Part shown: positions 25,525 through 38,379 of the stretch, piece by piece
Layout: every line of letters starts with the position of its first letter
Numbering within the stretch: the first letter of the stretch is position 1
From: Mobula hypostoma
Lineage: Eukaryota
Direction of reading: 5' to 3'
DNA: 64,000 nucleotides
Assembly (NCBI RefSeq): GCF_963921235.1
Contig: NC_086097.1
Location: 144,090,001-144,154,000, forward strand
Translations under genes and position numbers: made by a program
The notes under the pieces: generated by a model
Database searches by the model: none
The model's input: only the letters and a program-made list of their open reading frames with translations
What the model was told of the DNA's origin: nothing

Positions 25525-26940
25525 TTAAGTTTCCATCTCCCCTGCCTGTGAACTGTTGGATCCTCCATTCAGCGTTTCTTTGACTTCTTCCCACCTAATC
25601 CCTTTAATACCAAGATACTTTTCTGCAGACTTGATGATAATTTTAATTTTCTCAGTTCTTTTGCTTGTTTGCGCTGAACAATTAATTGCATCTACCATAA
25701 AAAGCACGAAATCCTTTCTACTCATTAGTAGTGTATCCTTATTTTTCATATTACAACACTCACAATTCATCAGTTCATTATTCCCTATATTTGTTTGCTT
25801 GACAGCCTTTTTTTCATCAAATTCTTTCACTGCCTCTGCATAACTGATTCCTTGAGTTACTTTTACATATTGTATCTCAGCTGTCTTCTTGCTATATATG
25901 CACCCTCGATAAGCTGCGCTGTGTTCCTCGCCACAATTGCAGCATTTCAGCCTAGCGCCCGCTTCACATTTCCCATATTTATGTATTCCAGCACATCTCC
26001 CACATCTGTGTTTTCCTTTCCAGACCGCCGCAATGTGCCCGAATTTCTGACATTTATAGCATCTTAAAGGCGGTGGTATATATATTCTAACCACATAATA
26101 CATATACCCTAAGTAAACGTTAGTTGGCAATCTGTCTTCATCAAAATTAATCATTACTGATAAACTATCACACTTTTTTCCATTTCTTGTAACTTTCATC
26201 GATAGATAGATAGATATACTTTATTGATCCCGAGGGAAATTGGGTTTCGTTACAGCCGCACCAACCAAGAATAGAGCATAAATATAGTAATACAAAAATC
26301 ACAAACAATCAAACAACAAAATGCAAACTATGCCAGATGGAAATAAATCCAGGACCAGTCTATTGGCTCAGGGTGTCTGACCCTCCACGGGAGGAGCTGC
26401 AAAGTTTGATGGACACAGGCAGGAACAACCTCCCATGACGCCCAGTGTTGTGTCTCGGTGGAATATGGAATATGGTCAAACGTTTGGCCTCAATAATTTT
26501 TGCTCCTTTTATGTTCTGTTTAATCTCATCCATAGTAACTTTTGTTGGTATCCCTGAAATAACTCCTCTAGTCCACTTTCTATTGTTGGATATTGAGCAT
26601 TGTACTTCTTTGCCGTCTATTTTACATAATCTTATCACTTTGCCTTGCTGAGCACTTTACCAACAAATCACTAATAGCGATCCCTTTCATAAAATCTTTG
26701 CTCCTTTAATCTCGCCTATAATTTTGTTGAGCATCTTCGTCAAACGAATTGGGTTCCAATCACCAAAAGACACCCCATCTTCACTTAATTTTATCTTTGC
26801 TTTAATCTCATCTTCTTTCTATTGTTTTGCTGTCCTGGTTTGATTATCTGCTGACTCCTCAGAGTTTGATATCCCATATCTCTGCTTTCTTTTCTTCCTC
26901 TTTCCACTCTGTTCCTCTTTCCCACCAACCTCCATCTCTA
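25525..26940 (-). pseudogene. Nimb ORF1 nucleic-acid-binding protein with three zinc knuckles
   Basis: RGVISGIP, YIPPPLRCYKCQKFGH, CGRCAGIH, CCNCGEEHSAAYRGC; interrupted by stops and a Rex1 tail. Confidence 0.85.
26200..26478 (-). mobile_element. Rex1/Babar 3' end inserted in Nimb ORF1
   Basis: FLPVSIKL..GGSDTLS, aataaa and (ctat)n tail; homologous to 51690-51910. Confidence 0.8.
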
Positions 26941-29900
26941 GTTCACCTCCACTCTCACCAAAAACTTCCTTCAACAGCTTGGCTCTCTCCTTGAGGTGTT
27001 TTCTTTTTCTTTTTTCTTTTTTCTTTTTTTCTCTCTCTCTCTCTCTCCTCTCCCCCCCCCCACCCCCACCCCCACCCCCCCCCCCAACCACCACCATTTT
27101 CCAGTCACAACTCAACTCCTGGATCACCTCCAAAAAAACGAATCTGTCCCCAGCAAGCACACTCAACCCCAGGGCCACTTATATTCCCAGCTCCAAGATG
27201 AGCATCAGCTGCCTATGATTAAGCCCAAATGAAACAAGTGACAGCTGGAAGACCTGGAGTCCGGAGTCCACGGACCGGACCATGACAGTACCACCTCACA
27301 CTTCTTCGGGTTGAATTCCATCTGCCACTTCTCAGCCCACTTCTGTATCCAATCATTGTCTTTCTTCAGTCTTCGAAAATCCTCTACACTATCCACCACA
27401 ACACCAACCTTTGTGTCGTCTGCAAACTTGTCAACCCACCCTTCTACCCCAACATCCAGGTTGTTAGTAAAAATCACGAAAAGTAGAGGTCCTAGAACTG
27501 ATCCTTGTGGGACACCACTAGTCACATCCCTCCAACCCGAACGTACTTCCTCCACCACGACCCTCTGCTTTCTGCAGGCGAGCCAATTCTGGATCCATCT
27601 GGCCAAACTTCCTTGGATCCCATGCCTTCTGACTTTCTGAATAAGACTACCATGTGGAACCTCGTCAAATACCTTAATAAAATCCATGTAGATCACATCC
27701 ACTGCACTACCTTCATCTATGTGCCTGGTCACCTCCTCAAAGAACCCTATCAGGCTTGTTAGACACGATCTGGCCTTCACAAAGCCATGCTGACTGTCCC
27801 TGATCAGACCATGATTCTCTAAATGTCCATAGATCCTATCTCTAAGAATCTCTTCCAACAGCTTTCCCACCACAGACGTAAGTCTCACTGGTCTATAATT
27901 ACCCGGACTATCCCAACTACCTTTTTTGAACAAGGGGACAACATTCACCGCCCTCCAATCCTCCAGTACCACTCCTGTGGACAATGAGGACATGAAGATC
28001 CTAGCCAGAGGCTCAACAATCTCTTCCCTTGCCTCGTGGAGCAGCCTGGGGAATATTACGTCAGGCCCCGGGGACTTATCCATCCTAATGTATTTTAACA
28101 ACTCCAACATCTCATCTCCCTTAATATCAACATGCTCTAGAACAACAACCTCACTAAAATTGTCCTCACCTTTCATTTGTGAATACCGAAGAGAAGTATT
28201 CATTGAGGACCCTGCTCACTTCCACAGCCTCCAGGCACATCTTCCCACCTTTATCTCTAATTGGTCCTACCTTCACTCCTGTCATCATTTTTTTCTTCAC
28301 ATAATTGAAGAATGCCTTGGGGTTTTCCTTTACCCTACTTGCCAAGGCCTTCTCATGCCCCCATCTTACTCTCCTCAGCCCCTTCTTAAGCTCCTTTCTT
28401 GCTTCCCTATATTCCTCAATAGACCCATCTGATCCTTGCTTCCTAAACCTCATGTATGCTGCCTTCTTCCATCTGACAAGATTTTCCACCTCACTAGTCA
28501 CCCATGGTTCCTTCACCCTACCATTCTTTATCTTCCTTACCGGGAAAAATTTACCCGTAACATCCAGCAAGTGATCCCTAAACATCGACCACATGTCCAT
28601 GGTACATTTCCCTGCAAAAATATCATCCCAATTCACACCCGCAAGTTCTAGCCTCATAGCCTCATAATTTGCCCTTCCGCAATTAAGAATTTTCCTGTCC
28701 TCTCTGATTCTATCCTTTTCCATGATAATGTTAAAGGCCAGGGGGCAGTGGTCACCCACTGAGAGATCTGTGACTTGACCCGGTTCGTTACCTAATACTG
28801 GTATTGCATTCCCCCAGTCAGCCTGTCAACACATTGTGACAGAAATCCGTCCTGGACATACTTAGCAAACTCTGCCCCGTCTAAACCATTGGAGCTAATC
28901 AGGTGCCAATCAATATTAGGGAAGTTAAAGTCACCCATGATAACAACCCTGTTAGTTTTGCACTCTTCCAAAAACTGCCTCCTAATCTGCTCCTCGGTAT
29001 CTCTGCTATTACCAGGGGGCCTGTAGAATACTTGCAATTAAGTAACTGCTCCCTTCCTGTTCCTGACTTCTCCCCATACTGGCTCAAAAGTGGATCCTGC
29101 TACATTACACACCCTTTCTGTAGCTGTAATAGTATCCCTGACCAGTAATGCCACCCTCCTCCCCTTTCGCCCCCACTCTCTAACCCTTTTAAAGCACTGA
29201 AATCCAGGAATATTGAGAATCTGTTCCTGCCCTGGTGCCAGCCAAGTCTCTGTAATGGCCACTACATCATAACTCCATGTATGTGTCCAAGCTCTCAGTT
29301 CATCACCTTTGTTCCTGATGCTTCTTGCATTGAAGTACACGCACTTTAGCCCTTCTACCTTTACACCCTCTATTCTGCTTCTCTTTCGTCAAAGCCTCTT
29401 TATATGTTAGATCTGGCTTTTACTCCATGCACTATACTTGCAGTTCTCGCATGACCTTTATCCTTCTTCACCTCACTATCTGCTCTAACCCTCTGGTTCC
29501 CCTCCCCCTGCAGATCTAGTTTAAACCCCCCGGAGCAGCACTAGCAAATCTTCCCGCAAGAATGTTAGTCCCCCTCCAGTTCAGGTGCAACCCGTCCCGT
29601 CAGAACAGGTCCCACCTTCCTTGGAACAAGGCCCAGTTGCCCATTGAATATTTCGCTCAGCTCTGCAATGTGCAGTTTCTGTGTGCGATCCCATCGAAGG
29701 GCAAGGATTTACAAGGCTCTTCTGACTAATTATTCCGCTTAGGAAAATCAGCACTCTGCAATCTCTGACGAAGATGAAGCAGATTCTCCAACTATTGCCT
29801 TTTCTTAGATATTTTCAGGAATTTTAGCTTATTTTCTTTAGATTATATCGCACTTTAAATTGGCTACCTGAACTGCCTTCCCTCTTTAGTTGTAAATAGT

Positions 29901-30049
29901 ACATTTTGCATTCTCTTTATTATTTTACTCTACTTCAATGTATTTATCTATGGAATTATTTGTTCAGATGACAAATAGACAAAAGGCTTTTACTGTATCT
30001 TGGTTCATGGGACATTAGTAAGCCAAAAACCAATTACCAATTATTAATT

Positions 30050-30760
30050 CATACAGTTATACATCAGAGAACAAGCCCTTTGGTCCAACTAGTCTATGCT
30101 TGTCAAGGTGATCGTCTCAGCTAATACCACTCACAACACGCTGGAGGAACTCAGCAGGTCGGGCAGCATCCGTGGAAAAGCTAATACCATTTGCCTGTAT
30201 TTGAACCATATTACTCTAAATCTTTCCTGTCCGTGAACCTATCCAACCCTTTTAAATATTGTAATTTTGCCTGCTTCTACCACTTGTTCCAAATACTCAT
30301 CATCCTTTGTGTGAAAACTTGCCCTTCAGATCCCCTTTTAAATCTTTTCTGTCTCACCTTAAACCTACTGTATATGCTCTAGTTTTGGACTCTCCTATCT
30401 TGGAAAAAATACACTTTGGCTATCTACTCTATCTATGCCCCTCATAATTCTATATAAGGACAACTCTCAGCTTCCTGTACTTTAGGGAAAACAGTACAAG
30501 GCTGTTTGATCATTCCTTATAACTCAAGCTCTCCAGTTCAAGCAACATTCTGATGAACACATGAGATTCTGCAGATGCTGGAAATCCAGAACAGCACAAA
30601 ATACTGAAGGAACTCAGTAGGTCAGGCAGCCTCTGTGGAGGGAATGAACAGCCGACATTTCTTATGAATCTTTTTTGTACCTTCTCCAGCTTCATCATAT
30701 CCTTCCAGGCGACCAGAAATCACACAAGATTCCAAGTACAGTCTAACTAGCATTTTGTAC
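30050..30760 (-). mobile_element. Old CR1 3' fragment with short repeats inserted
   Basis: LEKVQKRF and LESLSYKE motifs; CR1-like 3' UTR. Confidence 0.55.
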
Positions 30761-31899
30761 AACTGAATGATAGAGTCTTAAAGTGAAGCTCTACTTGCTT
30801 TTTTGGTAAAGGTACAAAATTCTATCGCCATTTTTCAATGAAAATTAGGTGAATTCTCCTTATATTCTGGCCAACGTGCATCCCTCGATACTAGCAAATG
30901 CAGAAGAATAGGTTATATTCTTTTGTTGTTTGAATTACCTAATCTTCAAGGAAAACTGCTTACATAAACATTGGTTAACCTATTGACAGTTAGTCATTTT
31001 GGAATCTTCTGAATATGCGAAAGATAATGTAAATACAAGGTGTTAAAAGTCAAACAGGTGTTAAAAGCATGTAGTAAAATACAAGGTGTTTGAAGCATGA
31101 AGCAGTGGATTTCAATTATTCTTGCATAAAATGGGAAATTCAATCAATTTCACTCTCTTAAAGAGCTTAATGGTAGATCTGCAGATATTCACATTTGATC
31201 TACATCATTCCATGTTACGTAACAATTCTTACAATATAATGGCATAGAGAAGATAAGCAAGGAGCAATATTGTCAAGTCCATCAAGTTAGCAGGATAGAC
31301 AACAAAAGTAGTTTTTGTGCAAGTCATCATCATTGGAGTAGAAATGCAAGTCCATATTCTAGGCTCATTTACAGAATTGCTAGACACTGCAATGAGGAGT
31401 CAGTAGAAATAATATCACTGTAGGAATAATATCTTTCATCACCAGCTCAAAACTTGTGTGTTGTTACCCAATAGTTTGCATTGGGTTCCTCATGTGTGAC
31501 ATCCTCATAACATTAGATTGCTACCCAGAATTTAGAGTGTCCAATGAACCTATCTGCAGTTGGTTTACCTCAAGGTTAATTGGTAGGTTAGATAGACCAC
31601 AAGTTTCGTGCCTGAATATACCATCCTTCTATTCCACACCTCAGAAACATGAATATTGGGGCATTTTTTCCACAATGATATATATATATATAGTACTCTT
31701 TATTAGAAAAATGATTTGGACAGTACCAAGATTTAAAGGAGAGAAAATGAGGTTGAGTTAATGAGCAGTGGCTGGACTAAGCTAAGTTTGATTTTTTTGA
31801 TTGGCTTTTTGTTGTGTAAGACTGATAAAATTGAGAGAGATTAATGTTAAAATCTTGAGATTGAGAAGCTATGCCATGTTACATTGGCACTGTGGTAGT

Positions 31900-32175
31900 T
31901 TTATTTATTTATTTAGTGATCTAGTGCGGAGAAGACCCTTCCAGCCCTTTGAGTTATGCTGCCTCAGCAACCCCCCAACCTCAATTAACCCTAACCTAAT
32001 AACGGGACAATTTACAAAGATCAATTAACCTGCCTAGTACGTCTCTGGACTGTAGGAGGAAGTCCAAGCACCCATGGATAGATGTACAGAGACTCCTTAT
32101 GGGATGGCACCAGAACTGAACTCTGAACCCCAGAACACCCCAAGCTGTCATGCTAACCGCAACAATACCTTGGCA
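31900..32175 (-). mobile_element. V-SINE
   Basis: Same tail and V-domain as 3780-4060. Confidence 0.7.
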
Positions 32176-33420
32176 CCTATTGTGATGGTAAGAAGTACTC
32201 TTTAGCAAAAATAAAAGAAAACAAGAATATTCAGAGAAGGAAAACATTGTAACAAAGATAAAACAGAAACAAAAATGACAGGAAATTTTAAATCCAGGAA
32301 ATGTAAGATTGATCTTCTTAGTCGATGCCAATTTTCATTTCTCAGATGTGGGGAATTCTGACAACATGATCATTAGTTGAAAGAGAAAACAACTTTAATT
32401 TATCTAACATCTATCTTCTTGAACTTTCCAATATTAAAAAAGTAGCAATGAATGAAAAAAGAGAATTTCTCTTTTAACTGTTGGCTTCAGGCATTTTGTC
32501 AAAATGTTCCATTGCTTCAAATCATCTTGGAAATTTTCCCCTAGATATGCTTTCTGTTGCATTGATGATACTCTGGCTCCTTAATTTGCTCAGTGCACCT
32601 CAATTGCACCATCACAGGTAATTCTTTCAATCCCCGAATTTGAAAATTTATCATATAAGTATAAAAACAATCTTTCCTTTTGCCCCCTCCAAATTTCCAG
32701 GAGCTTTTTAAAATCAATATCTTCCTGTTTTTGGCCACCATCTACCCTCCATGAAATTCCTAATTGATTTCATATATGACATCATCCAGTCAGTTTTCAA
32801 ATGCCCTGAGATCCTTCAGTCAAAGTAGAGACAATTAATTACTGTCCAAATAGATATAAATAATTTTAAAAATTAAAACATATTCAAATAAATGAAAGTA
32901 CTAAAACACATTTTTGTGTACTAAAATGAAATTAAAAACCTTAAGTAAAACCACTTACCTGCATTTTTTTACGTCCAGGTCAATAACACCATTCAAATGG
33001 ACAGGAATGTTCTACATATGCTGATTCAGTTTGTGAGTTCATTAATGGTAGAGATCTATAGTTTTCTTGATAGTAAGAGTATTAAGGGATATTGGGATAT
33101 TGTAGGAAAAAGCCATTGAGGTGATAGATCAGCTGTGATCTTGATGAATAGTGGAGCATGCTTGAAGAGGGAAAAGGCCTGCTTATACTATATTTCTTAT
33201 TTTCTTATCTTGTTATACAAATCTGAGGGACCATAAGCAAAGTACTTCTCGGCCCAGGGCAGTTGATGCAATGCTAAGTCCAGTGGCAGAGGATGTGTCG
33301 AACATTTTATCTTGGATGAATGCAAACACGAGGAATTCTGCAGGTGCTGGAATTTCAAGCAGCACACATCAAAGTTGCTGGTGAACGCAGCAGGCCAGGC
33401 AGCATCTCAATGAAGAGGTA

Positions 33421-33458
33421 CAGTCGACGTTTCGGGCCGAGACCCTTCGTCAGGGCTA
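33421..33458 (-). ncRNA. Minimal type I hammerhead ribozyme motif in a Penelope-derived repeat
   Basis: Minus strand tagcc-CTGACGA-agggtctcggccc-GAAAC-GTC-gactg. Confidence 0.7.
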
Positions 33459-35379
33459 ACTGAAGGAAGAGATAGTAAGGGATTTGAAAGTAGGAGGGGG
33501 AGGGGAGATCCAAAATGATAGGAGAAGACAGGAGGGGGAGGGATGGAGCCAAGAGCTGGACAGGTGATAGGCAAAAGGGATATGAGAGGATCATGGGACA
33601 GGAGACCCAGGGAGATTATTCTGGATGAAATTCTGTTCGATGTACCTGAAGATAAAAGAGACTGAGACTTAGGTTTTATTGAATATTTACTTTCTTACAG
33701 TTTATAATGTTTTTTGGAGGGAAGTGTGAGCCATTGTTAGTGAAGGAATCCATTGCAAGAAAAGATTGAGTTAAGGTAAATTTCGTACAGGTGTAAATTA
33801 AGACATGGGACACCCCCCCCACCCCCCGTCTACCACCCACACCTAATCCTCCCCAAGTTCAATCAACAGCCCTCTCCCACCCTTTCTGGTCCCCGGTCCT
33901 CAGTCAGGTTTTCAAGTCCTCTCTCACCTCCAATCCTCCAATTCTCTAGACGACATCCCACTGCAGTACTCACAAAATGTTTCTTTGCTAGTCCCGTAGT
34001 GGCAAGATGGAGACACAAGAGAATGCAGAACCTGGAATGTGGAGCAACAAATGAAATGCTGGAAGAACTCAGCAGGTCATACAGCATCTATGGACAGTTA
34101 ACTTTTTGAGTTGACACCCTTCATCGGGAATCAAATAAAACAAATTAAAGGAATGCATTAATATCTCCTAGTAGTTGTTTACTCATGAATAAAATGTTTA
34201 GTAGTCCGCTGCACAAGCCCCTCTAGTCTGCCTCTGACATCGATGAGTATCAAGGTCTGTACTCACAGTATTTACAATGGAATGTGTGATGACACTTGTG
34301 GGCTGCACCCAGCACGCCCTCGAAACACAGTATGTTTTGACATACACATGAGAAATAATCTTGAATTTTGAGTCTTTTTAAACTCAATGCATACAATGGG
34401 AAATATATTGCAGTTGTTACTTTCAATTTGATAATGCATTGTATTTTGGTGTATGTTATTTTGAAAGGTATGTTTACGTAGATCAATAGGTATGCTTACA
34501 CCAACGTACCTATAATATGTAAATTTCACTTTATATAGATATTTTTGCAGGTTTATCTATTCAAGCATCTTCATTAATAGAATACTGGGTAGAATTTAAT
34601 TTTTTTAGCTGATTTCAAGGTCAACCATATACAAATTTGTAAGGATTGTTTCAGACCCCGCACTTTCAGTTTTGCCAATGCTATACAAATTTCAAGAATG
34701 AAACTTAAAAAAACATCTTGCTTTTATTTCAGTCTTGCAGCATGGATTGAGTGTGATGGTTGACCTCAGTGGTTTAGAGCTTGTTTTCTAAAATTCGTTA
34801 CCTCCCCTTGTTGTTTTTCCAGTACCAGAAAGTAAAAAGATAATGTTTAGGCAGAGCCCTGTTAAAGCCTCAAAATTCTGGAGGATGATCAAACTCAAGC
34901 CCTTTAAAAATGCAGGTAACTTACTGAAAAAGCAAGGGATACCAAAGAATGATTTCAGGGTCATAATCTTCATGGGGTATAAACTTTCCAGTCAGAAAGC
35001 TGTAATAGATCCTTACTTATGTTGGGTTGATGTTAGTGTTTAATTGAGAATAACTTTAGCTTTTTGGTGAGCATCATTAACTTTCTTAGAAAACAACTAA
35101 AGTTTTCTGTTTCATTCTCAATACTAAGAAAATAATTACAAGCCACTTCCTCTTGACATTCTCTGAAATGTTAAATAACGTTTGGCTGCAGATTTTCCAT
35201 ACCACATTACAGTGGGTGTAATGTCACATTGTGTTTAAGTAACTGAGCTAATATCCAGAGACTTTGACGGTTAATCCAGCAAAATGAATTTGAATTTCAC
35301 AATTGTAATTGGGGAATATAAATAAAAATAATTAAATAAACCCAGGTTAAAAACTATAATACCTGCAAAAAATCATTCT

Positions 35380-37100
35380 GGAATATACATTTCTGATGAG
35401 GTAAAGGTTGGCTGGTAGTGTTGGCTGTGAGAAGAATGCAGAGAAATTTCAATAGTATTTAGGCAGGTTAAATAAATGGTTGAGAACATGGCAGATAGTA
35501 TATAATATAGAAAAAAATGCCAGGTTATGCATTTTGGTGAGTGTCTCTAAGCGAGGAGAGAGTGAAAGATCGTGCTGTTCAAAAGGTCCTTCTGCAAGAT
35601 TTTGTGAGACTGCATCTGGAATAATGTAAATAGGTCTGGCCTCCCTACCTGATGGAGGCAAGGCAGTAAGGAGTCACCAGTTTGATTCCTGCTATGGCTG
35701 GTTAACCACTTTAAGAAATAATTTCTTTAATTCATGGCATAAGCACCATTGCCTTCCTTGTTACACAAATAAACAACCTGAGCACAGATAGAGGGAAATA
35801 GTTTTAAAGCTGCATAGTTCATACACAATTAGGCATTGTTTATTTTAAAACAAGGATTGATGGACAGAAGACTGATGACAGAAATAAAACCAGTAGGAAT
35901 GACGTGAGTGAATAGATTGTCAGAATATTACTAGTGTAGTGCCACCGGAATCAGCTTAGGACCCTCAACTTGGGAAAGGCTGAGTGCCCAATGCTGATTC
36001 CAATGCTACCCCACTAGTGACACTTACAATCCATTTACAAGTTACATTGTCTGAAATGAAAAGACAGAATTTAATACATATGAATTTGCTAAAGATAAAG
36101 AGCGAGTTGAGAAAGTGAGAGTCTGCAAATGGACTAGATGTTGAGTGGAGGAGAAGGTAGTTGTTAGAGTCCTAACAGGAGAATGCACACTCTGGTGGAA
36201 AGTACGGAAAAAACCTAGAACTTACAGTAGAACATAGAACGTTACAGAGAAGTACAGGCCTTTGGTCCACAGTGTTGTGCTGACCTTTTAACCTACTTTA
36301 AGATCAATCAACCCCTTACCTTCTTCATAGTCCTCCATTTTTCTGTAATCCATGTGCCTATCTAACAGTTTCTTAAATGTCCATTATGTAACTGTCTCTA
36401 CCATCATCTCCAGTAGGGTGTTTCATGTTCCCAGATAGTTTTCAGAGATAATAAACTGGTAAATGTGTATTTATAAAGGAAATTAGACGTGCTGATTCAG
36501 GAGATACAGAAACTAAACAATAGGTACAACAAGGCATTTAGGAAGTCAAATGATTTGTTGGTCTTTAATTCAAAAAAGTAGGAAGGAAATCTTGCTGAGA
36601 TTGCAAAAAAGGCTTTGGTGAAAGTCTGCGTGCAGCTCTGACCTTCAAAATTAGGGAAGGGTCAGTGCAATGTAGATTTACAGCGCTGTTTCTGGGATAC
36701 ACAATGAAGAGTGATTGAAGAAGCTCGCCTTATACTCGCCAACTCACCAAAGTTTTGAAGAATGAATCACAGAGGGTTTACCAAAGTAGAGCCCAAGAAA
36801 TTAGTTTCTCCAGCTGGAAATTCTGGAATTAGAAGGCATAGTCTGAGGCTAAGGGATTGATACTTATGACTGAGATGAGGGAAATATCTTTATGCCATAC
36901 ATGTATATCCTTAGAATTTTCTACTTTGGAGGGTTGTGGTTAATTTGTTGTAGAGTATGTTCAAGATGGAAAGCAACACACACTGTCAGACACCAAGGGA
37001 ATTGGGATATGTGGTAACTGGGTGGCAAGGTGCAGTAGTTTGTACATAAGATCAGCCATTCTCTTACTGAATGCTGGATGGTTCAGTTGACCTAATTCTG
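35380..37100 (+). mobile_element. Highly decayed CR1-like fragments
   Basis: Scattered WQ..N..KC.VMHFG and LPP-S-LGP-like RT remnants; boundaries approximate. Confidence 0.45.
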
Positions 37101-37404
37101 CCTCCATTTCCTACCATGTTATAATTAGGAAAATAGCAGATTTTAAGGGCTTAGGGCTGACTGTTAAAATGGTTAGATACAACCCATTCTGTCTATATCA
37201 TAGACTTTGAGAAAAGCAGCAGAGAGGCAATATAATCAAGATAGCGTATTTCAAAGCTGGTTCAAGAGCAGTGAGATTTGAGAGTACTTATTCATAAACC
37301 CCTGTAGAGGGCAGGAGAAGTTGGTGAAGTGGTTCATAAAAGTATATAGCTTTGTAAATTGCAGCATTGATTACAAAAATGAAAAAATGCAAAAATATTA
37401 CACA

Positions 37405-37820
37405 CAGTACTTTGCAAAAGCCTTTGGCCCATGCAAAAACTTCTGTAAAGTGATGATGCTTTCAAAAATAATGAAATGAATAGTGTCTAAATATAAAAAA
37501 ATACACTAAAGAGCAGTAAACAATAAAAAAAAATTAGATCAAATAAATATTTGGTGTGACTACCCTTTGCCTTTAAAACAGCATCAATTCTCTTAGGTAC
37601 ACTGTTGTGCAGTTTTGTAAGAAAATCAGCTGGTATGTTGCTCCAAGCATCTTCGAGAACTTGCCACAGTTCTTCTGCTGACTTTGGCTGTCTTGCTTGC
37701 TTCCGTATTTCCAGGTGATCCCAGACAGCCTCGATGATGTGGAGATCTTGGCTCTGTGGATGCCATACCATCTGAAAGCATATAAAAATCTCGGGTGCCT
37801 AATACTTTTGCACAGTACTT
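37405..37820 (-). mobile_element. Internally deleted Tc1-like transposon
   Basis: TIR cagtactttgcaaaag / cttttgcacagtact; WHPQSQDLHIIEAVWDHL (WPxxSPDLNPIE-like). Confidence 0.8.
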
Positions 37821-38379
37821 TATGGTTAGATGGCTCACAGCTAGAGGACACTTTATAATTCTTACTATAGGAGTAGTATTGGGAGGTTCAGTGAAGATTT
37901 ACCAAGATGGTACCATGCATGGAGGACCTTGTTGATATAGAGAGATTAGTGAATCTGGAATTATTCCCAGAGTAAAAGATTAAAAATAAATATATATGTA
38001 TTCAGAGTTTTGACAGAGCATGAAATTTGAAACACTTTCGAATAATAGAAGGGTTGGTAGCCACTAGTCATTTAATTAGAATACTTGAGAAAGTAGCTAG
38101 AGAGTTAATAAGTAAGTTTGTCATGTGTCAAATGAGATTTGGGATGTGCAACATGAAAGGGTGGTGGAATTAAATTCCAATGAAAGTTTTTTTTAAAATG
38201 TAATTGGGTAAGTAATTAAGAAGGACGAATTAAGAGGATTGTAGAGATAATCTTCCAATATGGAACCAATGGTCAGTTTGGGTTTTGCCAGCATCCTACA
38301 ACGCCAAACATCATCACAGTTTAAATCAATCATTCGTGTAAAGAACTAAATTTCACAAGTAATTTGAGAGTGACTGCCC

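Larger units (their letters stand above)
24843..27149 (-). mobile_element. Nimb/I-group non-LTR element, ORF1-only
   Basis: 14-bp TSD ccagcaagcacact (24829-24842, 27150-27163); 3' end taggtggcagtaatgcac-like..gccaaccccataaaac with A-rich tail; gag-like ORF1. Confidence 0.85.
24144..27287 (-). mobile_element. Partial LTR (two pieces, 24144-24842 and 27150-27287) split by a Nimb-like LINE
   Basis: Terminus tgtcatggtccggtccgtggactcc resembles the 7930-8912 solo LTR; tandem sub-repeats; the pieces join at a 14-bp duplication. Confidence 0.65.
23760..29640 (-). mobile_element. 5'-truncated CR1 LINE interrupted by nested insertions at ~24144-27287
   Basis: APE start YFNARSIRNK, RT GVPQGSVLGP and FADD (ORF 27205-28203); 3' UTR and ttctatgt tail at 23760-24143. 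Confidence 0.9.

Noticed and set aside
26819..27232. Poly-G, poly-P and K/R-rich ORFs
   Set aside because: Translations of low-complexity sequence in the Nimb 5' region.
32955..33015. Minus-strand cag|gtaagt donor with a short open frame
   Set aside because: Weak acceptor and no recognisable peptide.
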